This document shows, in pieces, positions 28,185 to 37,880 of a stretch of 64,000 nucleotides of DNA. Position numbers and translations under genes: made by a program. Under the pieces are notes generated by a model that was given only the letters and a program-made list of their open reading frames with translations, was not told the origin of the DNA and ran no database searches. Position 1 is the first letter of the stretch. Each line of letters opens with the position of its first letter. The DNA lies in assembly GCA_050253415.1 (NCBI GenBank), contig JBFWJC010000001.1, positions 1,448,679-1,512,678 on the forward strand, read 5' to 3'. This stretch comes from Pedobacter sp. Lineage in GTDB: Bacteria; Desulfobacterota; Desulfuromonadia; Desulfuromonadales; Syntrophotaleaceae.

Positions 28185-30149
28185 TTACCTATTTGTTCCG
28201 ATAGTGAGCCGGATCAGTCGTTGGTTAAAGCAATGGCGATCTTTAACATGGCAGGCCGTGTCGTCCATTTCCATGGCAGATAACACCAATCGGTAGAGGT
28301 ACTGTTTTTCTACCGGGGCGTAGACAATATGGCCGGTGACCGCCGTGGCGGTTTTGTCTGCCGTGATGCACACCCGCTTATGGTTGTCTCCAAGCTCTAC
28401 CGTATCGGAGGTGATTCCCAAGGCGTTGTTGGACGACACCAGCGTCGAAACAGGCGTCAAGTGGTTGGCTGGTTCGCCATTGAGGGGGAACGTCTCCGCC
28501 AGATCTCCGCCGTTATGAGTACGGTAAATTAGCTGTTCGGTTCGAAACGCTTCGGGATTAAGGGTGATATGTCCCAGGCGCAAGGTTCCGATCGGGCAGG
28601 AGGGCCACTGAAACAGATAGCTGATTTCCATGCGGGCATCGCTGGCCATCATGCGTATGGATTTGGTAACCGGGCCAAGCGACGTTTGAATGTCGGCACT
28701 TATCAGCAGGTCATCGTTATGGACCGTCAACTCCGGTTTTACCGCCGTAAGGTCGGTAATTTTATGCTGGCCGGGCACTTCGAGGACGAAGTGACCCGTG
28801 TAGTAGTCCATGCCGTACTGGATATCGTCAAAATAGCCGTGAGGCAGCGTTTTGAGCAAGGGCAGGGGGGAAAGATTCTTGTCCCACCAGCCATCAATGG
28901 CCAGACCGCGACGCAGGTTAAGGCGCAGGCGCTGCTCGGGTGTTTCGATGTCGAGAAAAGGTCCCTCGTTTTTTATCTTGAACTTATCCGGTATCGTGCC
29001 GGAGGAGTGGGCATTGCATGACGCCGTGGGGGATATCATGCGTTGTTCCAATCGGGCAAGACGGGTTTGCATGGTTTGCCAACGCTTGGTGGTGATATGG
29101 GTACGATAATCACTGCTCCACAGATGACATAGCTCTTTCCAGTCTTGGTCGCTGCAATCAGAGTTGTCGGACATGGCTTTGTACAGGCGCCAGCAGGCGG
29201 TGTTGAGAGCCATATCATCCCGGCCGGTCAGTCCCCAACGGACCACGTTGTATTTGGCCTGTTTTTTTACCGGTATCGGTTGGGCCGCTGTTTCAAGGCG
29301 CAACCGATTGCCGGCCCCGGGAATTTCCATAAAGTCGAGAACCTGCCGGGGGCCGATCAGGGAAAATCGATGGTCGGCCTTGATGGCCTTATAGAGACGG
29401 GCAATGCGTATCCATTCGCTTTCTTTGCCGGGCTTTGCTTCGGTAAGGAAGCGACCGGGACGAAAGTCGAAAATTTCCGCGTCGTTGCCGTACAGGGAAA
29501 AAGTACGCGGATCACCGTTCTGGTGGGACAAAAGGAAATCGAGGTATTCCGGAAGTTCCATTTCTCCATGGGTATAGCGCTGGAACTTCTGAAACGGAAT
29601 CGATTTATTCCAGATCAATGGCAAGGCCGTGTCGTCGGGCCCCAGGGCAAGCTGGGGCAGGTAGCGCAAATCAGGGTCCCATTCGGGATGGTTGCTGCCC
29701 GGATTCTCCCATTCCATGATGATGGCGCGATATCCGGCCTGCTGGTAGATCGGTACCAATCCTGCCGCGTAGGCTTGTTCGTTGACCAGAGCCAAATCCG
29801 GACGAAAGCCCAAAATGTTGTCATAGACCTGCAGGCCGAGGCGTTGGTTGGCGTGATTGACCGCTGCGGGCACCAGCGGACCGATGATCTGCGCATAGCC
29901 GCTGCCGATAAACTCCGCCGGGCCATGTTGGCACAATGACCGCAACTCAGCTACCCATGCGGGATCAATGGACGCCACCGCTTCAAGGGTGTAGCCCGAA
30001 GCTTCGATGCCGACAGGCAGTTGCTGCTCAGCGATCAATCGCAGCAGCGGCCAGTAACACTGGCGAATGACCTCCGGGCGCTGATCCTCCTCTATGGAAG
30101 AAAACATCAGATTGAGGTGAAAAATGGAATAAAGGCTGAGCCGGTTCAT
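28185..30149 (-). CDS. Glycoside hydrolase family 57-like protein
   Basis: FHLNL N-terminal strand, CYWPLL, SGYTLE, EFIGSGYAQII.PL, NEQAY and DAEIF resemble GH57 conserved regions. Confidence 0.7.
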   Translation of the reverse strand: MNRLSLYSIFHLNLMFSSIEEDQRPEVIRQCYWPLLRLIAEQQLPVGIEASGYTLEAVASIDPAWVAELRSLCQHGPAEFIGSGYAQIIGPLVPAAVNHANQRLGLQVYDNILGFRPDLALVNEQAYAAGLVPIYQQAGYRAIIMEWENPGSNHPEWDPDLRYLPQLALGPDDTALPLIWNKSIPFQKFQRYTHGEMELPEYLDFLLSHQNGDPRTFSLYGNDAEIFDFRPGRFLTEAKPGKESEWIRIARLYKAIKADHRFSLIGPRQVLDFMEIPGAGNRLRLETAAQPIPVKKQAKYNVVRWGLTGRDDMALNTACWRLYKAMSDNSDCSDQDWKELCHLWSSDYRTHITTKRWQTMQTRLARLEQRMISPTASCNAHSSGTIPDKFKIKNEGPFLDIETPEQRLRLNLRRGLAIDGWWDKNLSPLPLLKTLPHGYFDDIQYGMDYYTGHFVLEVPGQHKITDLTAVKPELTVHNDDLLISADIQTSLGPVTKSIRMMASDARMEISYLFQWPSCPIGTLRLGHITLNPEAFRTEQLIYRTHNGGDLAETFPLNGEPANHLTPVSTLVSSNNALGITSDTVELGDNHKRVCITADKTATAVTGHIVYAPVEKQYLYRLVLSAMEMDDTACHVKDRHCFNQRLIRLTIGTNR

Positions 30150-31090
30150 GGGGTTTCTCCCAGGCGATCACCGGGAATCAGTCCGGCTTGGCTGGCGGTC
30201 TCTTCCACATCGTCGTCCCATTGCAGACGGGTCAGCAACACCGCCCCATCACCGCATGCCACCAGCACGCCGTGGGGGAGGATTTCAAGAACGGTACCGG
30301 GGGCAGCGGTCCGGGTATCGAACGATTCGCGGCACGCCCAGATGAAAAATTTGCGGTCGCCGGCAAAGCTGAATGCGCCGGGATAAGGGTGTGCCAATGC
30401 CCGTACCCAATCGTATAGTTGCCGTTTTGGTAATGACCAGTCGATAACGCCATCTTCCGGGCGACGGCGTGGCCAGACCGTTGCCTTAGCGTCATCCTGC
30501 GGGATGCGCGGTGGCTGTCCACAAGCCAGCAGTGGTAGGCTTTCCACCAGCAGCCTGGCAGCTACTTCGTCGGTGCGTGCGCCAAGGATGGCGGCGGTAT
30601 CCTCGTAGTGAACCGGTACCATCGCCTGACTCAGCAGTTCGCCGGTGTCGGCCTCGGCATCGCACCAGAAAAGGCTGACGCCGGTCTGCTGCAACCCCTT
30701 GATCAAGGTCCAGGGGATGGGCGCCCGGCCCCGCCCCTCGGGGAGCATGGTGGGGTGCATGCCGATAAAACCGAGCTCCGGCACGGCAAGCAGCGCCTCT
30801 CCCACCAATTGGGACACGCCGATCACCATTCCGACATCGGGTTGGCATGCTTTCGACCAGCTCAGGATCTCCGGATCGTGCAGCGACGTAAAGGGGCGCG
30901 CGTTAAGATGGTAGTCCTGAATCAGGTCGTCGAAGGTACTGTGTGCCACTGTAATCCCGGCTTTGGATTCGTCCAGATACAGCACTCCGGTGATATTCGC
31001 GCCCGCCTCAAGCAATGCTTGCAGGCACCGGTGCCCGACAATGCGGGCCCCGACGTAAAGGATGCGCGGATGGTTGCCTGCAGGGGTCAT
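30146..31090 (-). CDS. Fmt-like formyltransferase (probable sugar N-formyltransferase)
   Basis: HPTMLPEGRGRAP, ADTG, DGVIDW, RALAHPYPGAF. Confidence 0.88.
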   Translation of the reverse strand: MTPAGNHPRILYVGARIVGHRCLQALLEAGANITGVLYLDESKAGITVAHSTFDDLIQDYHLNARPFTSLHDPEILSWSKACQPDVGMVIGVSQLVGEALLAVPELGFIGMHPTMLPEGRGRAPIPWTLIKGLQQTGVSLFWCDAEADTGELLSQAMVPVHYEDTAAILGARTDEVAARLLVESLPLLACGQPPRIPQDDAKATVWPRRRPEDGVIDWSLPKRQLYDWVRALAHPYPGAFSFAGDRKFFIWACRESFDTRTAAPGTVLEILPHGVLVACGDGAVLLTRLQWDDDVEETASQAGLIPGDRLGETP

Positions 31091-31764
31091 GGCAGAATCT
31101 CGCGCAGCAACATAAAGGGTTCGGCCGCCTCGAGGCCAACCTGGCTGCCCCAGGCTCTGGCCCGTGCTTCCAGTGAGGGCAGGGAACGGGCGTGCGGGAA
31201 CGGGCGCAGTTCCCCCTGGTAGGCCGACATGGCTTCCAGCTTTTTGGTCATCACGTTTGCGATGTCCAGAAAAACATTCGGCACAAACGGCAAGGCAGGA
31301 TCGCCCCAGCCGGTGGCAGAGGGCACTTCCATGGCCAGGACCCGTCGTACTGTACTCCCTGGCAGCGGGCGGCAGGCGGTAAGGGTGGCCATGGCTGTAC
31401 GCTGATGATCGATGTTCAGATCTCCGGGATGGTGGGTGTAGACGATAGCTGGCTGGACGTCATCGATAACCGACTCGATGGCTTTTACGATGTCGAGCAG
31501 GTCCACCCTGTCGAACCGGTTATCGGGAAAATCAAAAAGGCGCAGATCGGTAACGCCGAGAGCGGCGGCCGCCTGACTAGCCTCGCTTCGCAATTGCGAC
31601 AACGCCTGTTGATCCAGGGCTTCAGGGGTCTCGAGTCGTGATGACAAACCGCTGCCCAGAATAAGAATTGTTACCGTATCGTTATCCTGAGTGTGGCGGG
31701 CCATGGCTCCGCCGGCGCCGAGGACTTCATCATCGGGGTGGGCGACGATTACCAGCACATTCAT
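31087..31764 (-). CDS. PIG-L/LmbE family N-deacetylase
   Basis: AHPDDE and H..GD...DH motifs. Confidence 0.93.
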   Translation of the reverse strand: MNVLVIVAHPDDEVLGAGGAMARHTQDNDTVTILILGSGLSSRLETPEALDQQALSQLRSEASQAAAALGVTDLRLFDFPDNRFDRVDLLDIVKAIESVIDDVQPAIVYTHHPGDLNIDHQRTAMATLTACRPLPGSTVRRVLAMEVPSATGWGDPALPFVPNVFLDIANVMTKKLEAMSAYQGELRPFPHARSLPSLEARARAWGSQVGLEAAEPFMLLREILP

Positions 31765-32996
31765 ACCGCCTCCGTTTTTACCTGAATCGCCTGCACGGCG
31801 GTTTCAGCTCGCTGGGCCGCCTGTTCCCGGTCTTCGGCCACGGCGATAACCAGTCCGGCGGAGGCATTGGAGTCGGTTGGCGGTCGAACGATGTCGCCGG
31901 GTTGTACGGCCAGGCGTACCATGGTCACGCCGGGCAGGTTGCGGGCTTCTTGTTCCCCCTCGATGGCTGTGACACGGCCCGGAGTTGGAAAGATCAGACG
32001 CAAGGCCACTCCACGATCGAAACGGGGCTGCAATGCGGCAGGGTCGACTGGCAGTCCGAGGGACAGGCGGATCACCGCCAGGACAAGATCGACCCCGACA
32101 TTGAGAGGGATCTCATGGGTACAGAACCAGCCGCCGGAAAGACGCGCTGCCAACTCGATAACGTAGGGTTTGCCATCGCTGAAGACCATATCCCCCTTGA
32201 CCACTCCGCACGTCACGCCGAGGCTGCGTGCTGCCTGCTGAACCAGGTCGCGGACCGCCTGGCGCGCCCGGGTGGGCAGATGACTCGGCATGGTGCCGCC
32301 ATTTTCGATAAAATTGGGGGCGTAGCGGTCGATGTATTCATAATTGCGATCGGCAAATCCCGGGGTGTGACAGGCACCGTCCAGAACGATGCTTTCGGTA
32401 CTGATCTGCGGGCCGGGCAGATAACGTTCCACCATCACCCGGCCACTCGGTGATTGAATCAGAGCCCGCTGGTAGGCAGCGGCCAAATCCGCCTCGGGTG
32501 TCAAGCGTTGCACGCCACGACCGCCACGGCTGTCGACCGGCTTGAGTACCAGCGGAAGGCCGTTTTCCTCGGCGAGTTGCTGCAGGTGCCGGGCCGATTC
32601 GACGGCGCTGAACCATGGGATAGCCACGCCATCGTCGGCAAATTTCTGCTTCATGGCGAGCTTATCCATGGCGCGGGCAGCCACTTCGACAGGAATGCCG
32701 GGCAAACCGAGTTCGGCTGCCACCGAAGCGACGGTCAACGGCACGTCGGTGGCCAGGCACATGACGCCATCGATCTGGCGCACCTCGCGATGATAACACT
32801 TGGCTGCATCAAGGGTGGCTGCGACATCGTAGGTGCTGGCTACCAGTCGGCCATGCGCTGCCAGCATGCCGGGGGCCTCCGGATTCATATCGCTGACCAC
32901 CACGTGCAAGCCAAGATCGCGCGCTTTTTCGATGCCCGGCAGGGCTTCCATGCCGCCTCCGATAAACAGCAACGTTTTCCCTGCGTATTCAGACAA
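31761..32996 (-). CDS. ATP-grasp ligase (L-amino acid ligase-like)
   Basis: DKLAMK, VLKPVDSRGGRGV, VERYLPG, KGD, IELAARLSGG; TTG start overlapping the SDR stop. Confidence 0.88.
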   Translation of the reverse strand: MSEYAGKTLLFIGGGMEALPGIEKARDLGLHVVVSDMNPEAPGMLAAHGRLVASTYDVAATLDAAKCYHREVRQIDGVMCLATDVPLTVASVAAELGLPGIPVEVAARAMDKLAMKQKFADDGVAIPWFSAVESARHLQQLAEENGLPLVLKPVDSRGGRGVQRLTPEADLAAAYQRALIQSPSGRVMVERYLPGPQISTESIVLDGACHTPGFADRNYEYIDRYAPNFIENGGTMPSHLPTRARQAVRDLVQQAARSLGVTCGVVKGDMVFSDGKPYVIELAARLSGGWFCTHEIPLNVGVDLVLAVIRLSLGLPVDPAALQPRFDRGVALRLIFPTPGRVTAIEGEQEARNLPGVTMVRLAVQPGDIVRPPTDSNASAGLVIAVAEDREQAAQRAETAVQAIQVKTEAV

Positions 32997-33738
32997 AGTA
33001 CATCCCCCCGTTAAGGTTAAGCGTCTGGCCGGTGACGTAAGCTGCTTCATCTGAAGCCAGCCATGCCACGGCGGCGGCGATTTCTTCCGTTGTTCCGAGA
33101 CGTCCGGAGGGAATGCCAGCGACCTTTGCCTTGCCGGCCTCCGAAGTCAATTCCGCGGCTGTCATATCTGTAGACACCAATCCCGGAGATACCGCATTGG
33201 ATGTAATGCCGGCGTGGGAGTAGAGTTTTGCCAGGGAGCGGGTGAGATTGATCAATCCGGCCTTAGCCGCAGCGTAATGCACCTGGTTCATGCCGCCCCA
33301 CTGGCCGCCTATGGATACCAGGTTAATGATGCGTCCCCAACCGGCGTTGAGCATGTCCGGCAGCACCTCCTGTGCCAGGGCAAAGGGGCCGCGCAAGTTG
33401 GTGCCCAGCATCCGGTCCCAGTCTTCGTCACTGAGTTCCAAAAACGGTTTTTCCTGGGCAATGGCGCCGTTATTGACAAGAATCGCCGTGGATCCGTTAA
33501 AACGTTCACGAGTTTGTTGCAACGCCTGGCGAACCGATTCACGATCCCCGGCATCGACGCGAACGGCCAGCGCGTCAGGAAATTCAGCCGCCAGTTTTTG
33601 TGCGCCTTGCGGATGAGCACAAAAGCCTGCTGCAACCGGATGGCCATCGCACAGAAATCGCCTGGCAATGGCGTTGCCGATGCCGCGACTGGCTCCGGTG
33701 ACAAAAACGACGCGCTTGTTTTTTGGCATGTCGGCCAT
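32989..33738 (-). CDS. SDR oxidoreductase (FabG-like)
   Basis: TGASRGIG, NNG, YAAAK. Confidence 0.9.
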   Translation of the reverse strand: MADMPKNKRVVFVTGASRGIGNAIARRFLCDGHPVAAGFCAHPQGAQKLAAEFPDALAVRVDAGDRESVRQALQQTRERFNGSTAILVNNGAIAQEKPFLELSDEDWDRMLGTNLRGPFALAQEVLPDMLNAGWGRIINLVSIGGQWGGMNQVHYAAAKAGLINLTRSLAKLYSHAGITSNAVSPGLVSTDMTAAELTSEAGKAKVAGIPSGRLGTTEEIAAAVAWLASDEAAYVTGQTLNLNGGMYFV

Positions 33739-33808
33739 GGAAATTCCCCCTGAAAATAGCGTCGGCTACTCTACCATTTACCTGGTAACCGGTCAAAAGT
33801 TCCGATGG

Positions 33809-35503
33809 TCAGCGATACCACATATTATCCAGGGTTTGTCCTCCCAGAAGCATCGGAGAAACGGGAGCGTCGTGTTGAATACGGGCATGCAGCAAGGCTG
33901 GGCCGGGATCCCCAAGGAAAGCATCAACCACGGATGGGTCGAAACTTTCCAGTTGGTAGGCGGCAATTCCGTAAGCCTCGGCGATGGCGCGGAAATCGGG
34001 ATTGCGGAAATCACCGGTGACCGGGTCGTCGGTAAAAGTGATGCGCTGAAACTGGGAGACGATACCCAGTCGATTGTTGTCCAGCAGCACGATCTTGATC
34101 GGCAGGTCCAATTCACGGGCCAGCGCCAGTTCCTGAATGTTCAGCTGAAAGGAGCCATCGCCGTCGACGCACAGCACCAACTGTTGCGGTTGCACGTGGG
34201 CCGCTCCCAGCGCCACCGGCAGGGCATACCCCATGGTGCCGTGCCCCGCGGAGGTCAGTAACCGTTTGCGGGGATAATCGAAAGAAAAGTAGCGCGCCGC
34301 CCATTGCTGATGAGAACCGACCCCGGTGACTACGGTGGTCGCTTGCTGTTTGGTTGCCTGGTCGAGATAACGGAGCAGTTCGTCAGGCGCCACACCGGGC
34401 AATTCGCCATGATCGGCAAGCTGCAACGTGGTGCGGAATTCATCTGTCTGCTGCAGCCACTGGTGATGTTGGCAGGCAGGTGTATCAAAGGCCAGAAACC
34501 CTTTCAGAAAACTCTTCACGCAGCAGTTTGCGGCAATAATCTTACTCAGTCGGGAGTGTTGCAGTTCGGCCGCCTCGAGGTCGACCTGGAAGACTTTCTT
34601 CCCGGCAAAGACATCCAGTTCGGTGCCGGTCTGCCGCACATCCAGACGGCTGCCGAGGACAACGATACAATCGGCTTCAAACAGGGTGCGATTAGCCCAG
34701 GGCATGCCGGTATGGCCGATCCACCCGGCTGACAGCGGATGATCGCTGGGAAAAACCCCGATGCCGCGCATGCTGGAGACGACCGGTAATTGCCAACGCT
34801 GCGCCATGGCTCGGATTTCCTGGGCCGCATCAAGAGCACCACCCCCGACCAGCAGCAGCGGGCGCTCTGCGTCTCTTAGCGCGTCCTTCACGCTCTGTAA
34901 AAATTCGGTTGAGCAAGGTGTGCCCGGCGTGGCCCCGGAGTCCAATTCGGCGTCCAGGCTGCTGGCGAAATCTTGACACAAGGACTCCTCGATCAGGCTC
35001 ATCTGCACGTTCATGGGCAGGTCGATCACCACCGGACCACGTCTTCCATCGAGAGACAGTCGGACACCATCGATAAGAGCCTGTCGGAGCTCCTCGATAG
35101 TCTGGGGCTGCCAGACCCCTTTACTGATAGGGGCGACCATCTGCGGGGTCGGTACTTCCTGAAAGCCACGTTGACGCAGTTCCCGGGCGCGGCCGAGGTC
35201 GCGGGTGCCCACCTGGCCGGTCAAGACGATCAGTGGCACGCTGTCATAAAAGGCATCCGCGACGCAGGTAATGAGGTTGGTGGCGCCGGGGCCGCTGGTT
35301 ACAGCGACAAAGGCGGGGCCATTGTCTGATGCTGCATCGGCGATAGCCATGTAACCGGCTCCCTGTTCGGCCTTGGTACAGATCAACGGGACGCCCGCGG
35401 CTTTGCATTCATGAAAGATCGGGGCAATGGTACCGCCGGGGTAGACATACAGGCTTTTGCCGAAATGTTTTATGACTGTCGCGATCAGTGCGGAAGCGTA
35501 CAT
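33809..35503 (-). CDS. ThDP-dependent enzyme, acetolactate synthase large subunit-like
   Basis: YPGG, EQGAG, TSGPGATN, FQE, GDGSFQLNIQEL...LDNN. Confidence 0.92.
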   Translation of the reverse strand: MYASALIATVIKHFGKSLYVYPGGTIAPIFHECKAAGVPLICTKAEQGAGYMAIADAASDNGPAFVAVTSGPGATNLITCVADAFYDSVPLIVLTGQVGTRDLGRARELRQRGFQEVPTPQMVAPISKGVWQPQTIEELRQALIDGVRLSLDGRRGPVVIDLPMNVQMSLIEESLCQDFASSLDAELDSGATPGTPCSTEFLQSVKDALRDAERPLLLVGGGALDAAQEIRAMAQRWQLPVVSSMRGIGVFPSDHPLSAGWIGHTGMPWANRTLFEADCIVVLGSRLDVRQTGTELDVFAGKKVFQVDLEAAELQHSRLSKIIAANCCVKSFLKGFLAFDTPACQHHQWLQQTDEFRTTLQLADHGELPGVAPDELLRYLDQATKQQATTVVTGVGSHQQWAARYFSFDYPRKRLLTSAGHGTMGYALPVALGAAHVQPQQLVLCVDGDGSFQLNIQELALARELDLPIKIVLLDNNRLGIVSQFQRITFTDDPVTGDFRNPDFRAIAEAYGIAAYQLESFDPSVVDAFLGDPGPALLHARIQHDAPVSPMLLGGQTLDNMWYR

Positions 35504-35545
35504 TGATTTTCCTTTGCTGTGCTGTCTATGGAGTTATTTGTCTAT

Positions 35546-35561
35546 AGCAAAGTTGATGCCG
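35546..35561 (-). promoter_or_regulatory. sigma54 promoter for the ThDP-to-GH57 six-gene module
   Basis: CGGCATcaactTTGCT on the minus strand (GG-N10-GC), about 40 nt before the ATG with an AAGGA SD. Confidence 0.65.
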
Positions 35562-35744
35562 TTTCAGGAAACAAATAGGGGCTGAAACGTCGATTTTTAC
35601 GCCTGGAGTGCCCGTTTTAACCTGTTAAGTCGTGTCGGTAAAGGTTTATGGCAGTTCCTCGAGGCTTGTGACTGAAAAGCGCGTTTGAGGGGAGGGCCTT
35701 CAACAGATCGTTACGTATGCAGTTTCACAGCCAAGGATGCCAGA

Positions 35745-36806
35745 TTAACTAATGGTCGAGGCTAAGGCCAATGAAAATGGCACGGAACCCTCCGGTAGAG
35801 GATAGGGAGGACCTGATGCGGGCGTCTCCGGCTGGTTTGCCATCCAGGTTTCCCGGAGGGTTTGAGGTGTCCAGGACGGTGCCGGGATAGCTCGTTCCAG
35901 AAACTTGTACATCGGTGTCTGGTCGACCTCCAGCCAGAACCCGCGAGCCAGTGCCAGATATTCTTCACACAGGCGCTTCTCGTTACGCCCCAGAACATCC
36001 ATAGCATAAAGTTTCAGACACGTCTGGGCCGCCCATTGCATAACCTGCGGTTTGAGGTCCTTTAAGTGAAAACCTTCTTGAGGAAGGTGGTAGTTGAGAA
36101 CCAGCATCTTTGTGAGGTAGATGGTCATCAACATCGTTTTGTCTTTTATGAACTGCGAGGTGTCCGATTGTTCATGTTGTCTGTACTGAACCAGGGGGGT
36201 ATGCAGATAACCAACGTCCCACCTCATGTTGAGCTGAAGCACGGCCATGACATCCGTATAGGAATAACCACCGATGGCTTTCATGCACTCGGTTCTTATG
36301 AGCATCTGAACCGCGACGGTATGCCATCCTACGAAATTGACGCGGGCTTCGGATAAGCCGGGTATGATGGCGCTGTCCGCATAGAATTGGCTTTTTCCGC
36401 TGACGTTGCCTTGTCCATCGATATATTCTTTTTCGGCCAAAACATAGCCTAAATCAGGGCGATGCGCAAAAACCTCCAGGGCCGTTTCCAGAAATGCTGG
36501 TTTAAGCCTGTCATCGGCATGTAAAAAAACGATGTACTGACCTCTGGCATGTTCCAGGCAACGGTTCCAGTTCTCTAAAGAAGAGACATGCTTGTCAAAG
36601 TTGAGAGCAATAATCCGGTCGTCCCGAATTTTCCAGGCGTCGATGATACAACGGGAGTTATCGGTAGATGCATTGTCGATGACAAGGATTTCGATGTCCC
36701 GGTAGGTTTGCGAAAGAGCGCTTTCAATGGCCTCCCCGATGTATGTCGCCGTATTGTAGTTGGGTATGGCGATGGTGACAACTGGGGAATGGCTGTGCTT
36801 ATTCAT
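35745..36806 (-). CDS. Glycosyltransferase family 2
   Basis: IPNYN, IDNASTD, FLHADD. Confidence 0.92.
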   Translation of the reverse strand: MNKHSHSPVVTIAIPNYNTATYIGEAIESALSQTYRDIEILVIDNASTDNSRCIIDAWKIRDDRIIALNFDKHVSSLENWNRCLEHARGQYIVFLHADDRLKPAFLETALEVFAHRPDLGYVLAEKEYIDGQGNVSGKSQFYADSAIIPGLSEARVNFVGWHTVAVQMLIRTECMKAIGGYSYTDVMAVLQLNMRWDVGYLHTPLVQYRQHEQSDTSQFIKDKTMLMTIYLTKMLVLNYHLPQEGFHLKDLKPQVMQWAAQTCLKLYAMDVLGRNEKRLCEEYLALARGFWLEVDQTPMYKFLERAIPAPSWTPQTLRETWMANQPETPASGPPYPLPEGSVPFSLALASTIS

Positions 36807-36835
36807 TTACCTTCTCCGTGTTTCCATGGACAGGA

Positions 36836-37840
36836 TCAAATACGTGACAGGATGTCACCGGAGCAGGAGTCAAGCTCATCCTCCAGCTTTGCCGATGTGT
36901 CCGGAGCTGTGCAATGTTTGCAAATTTCATTGGACATGCGCTTTTTCTCAAGATGCAACTTGAGGAAATTCAGATGCTTTTCTCCGTTCCAGATGGCAGG
37001 CAGCGAGGTGTCTTTAATGTTGCCCAGTCCGGCGGGGTCGGATTCCATGCAGCAGGGATAGACATCCCCGTTGGGCAGGACCGTGAGAGTATAGAAGCAT
37101 ATAGGGCAGACCATGCGGACATCATGGATGTTTCCCCAGAGATCAGTGGTGGAGGTGCTTTTTATCATGGAACTGTAATCAATTTCATGGAAGACCGGCA
37201 CGATTTTCTCAACAAACATCCGGTCACTGATGGGTTTAAATGTTTGATAGAAACGTTCTTCATCCCCGTTATCCAGAGCGACGTCAGGGATTTTCACATA
37301 CAGGTTGGCGTTTCCTTTGTTTTCATAATAAAAACGAATATTGTCAACCAACTCTTCAAAGTTGATCCTGTAATCGCAGATCTCGAAATATTTTTCCGAG
37401 CTCATGCCCTGAAGAGAGATGCGTAGGGTGTCGAGGCCCGCGTCAATCAATGCCAGGGAGCTTTCCCGGGTGAGAAGAGATCCGTTGGTGATAAATGCGA
37501 TTTCTTCTGCCACATCCAGTTTTTTCAAGTAGGCAACCATTTCAGGCAACCGCTTGTTGCACATCGGTTCGCCGACCCCGTAGAGAAACAGGGTCTTAAG
37601 CTTGGTTTTAAATTGTTTGATCTGTTGCGCAGCCTCCAGGAAAATTTCCCAGGACATGATTTCCGGGAAGAAGCCTTTTTGCGCCAACGCGGCTTTTCCA
37701 ATGGAGTGAATACAATATTTACATTTAAAATTGCAGACGGTGGCAACTGACAAAAAGACGGTGAACGGAGTGGCAAGAGGAACCGCTTCGTTGAGTTTGA
37801 TTCGTTCAAGTCCGTAGCTTGGTTTTATCTCGGATCCCAT
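36836..37840 (-). CDS. Radical SAM protein with SPASM/twitch domain
   Basis: CNFKCKYC; GEP; C-terminal CPIC...GDVYPCC...CKHC. Confidence 0.92.
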   Translation of the reverse strand: MGSEIKPSYGLERIKLNEAVPLATPFTVFLSVATVCNFKCKYCIHSIGKAALAQKGFFPEIMSWEIFLEAAQQIKQFKTKLKTLFLYGVGEPMCNKRLPEMVAYLKKLDVAEEIAFITNGSLLTRESSLALIDAGLDTLRISLQGMSSEKYFEICDYRINFEELVDNIRFYYENKGNANLYVKIPDVALDNGDEERFYQTFKPISDRMFVEKIVPVFHEIDYSSMIKSTSTTDLWGNIHDVRMVCPICFYTLTVLPNGDVYPCCMESDPAGLGNIKDTSLPAIWNGEKHLNFLKLHLEKKRMSNEICKHCTAPDTSAKLEDELDSCSGDILSRI

Positions 37841-37880
37841 AACTATCCTCGGATGTTGGAGGTTTGCAACTGTCTTGTGT

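Noticed and set aside
33809..35503. Housekeeping ilvB
   Set aside because: No ilvN/ilvC neighbours; embedded in the glycosylation island behind its own sigma54 site
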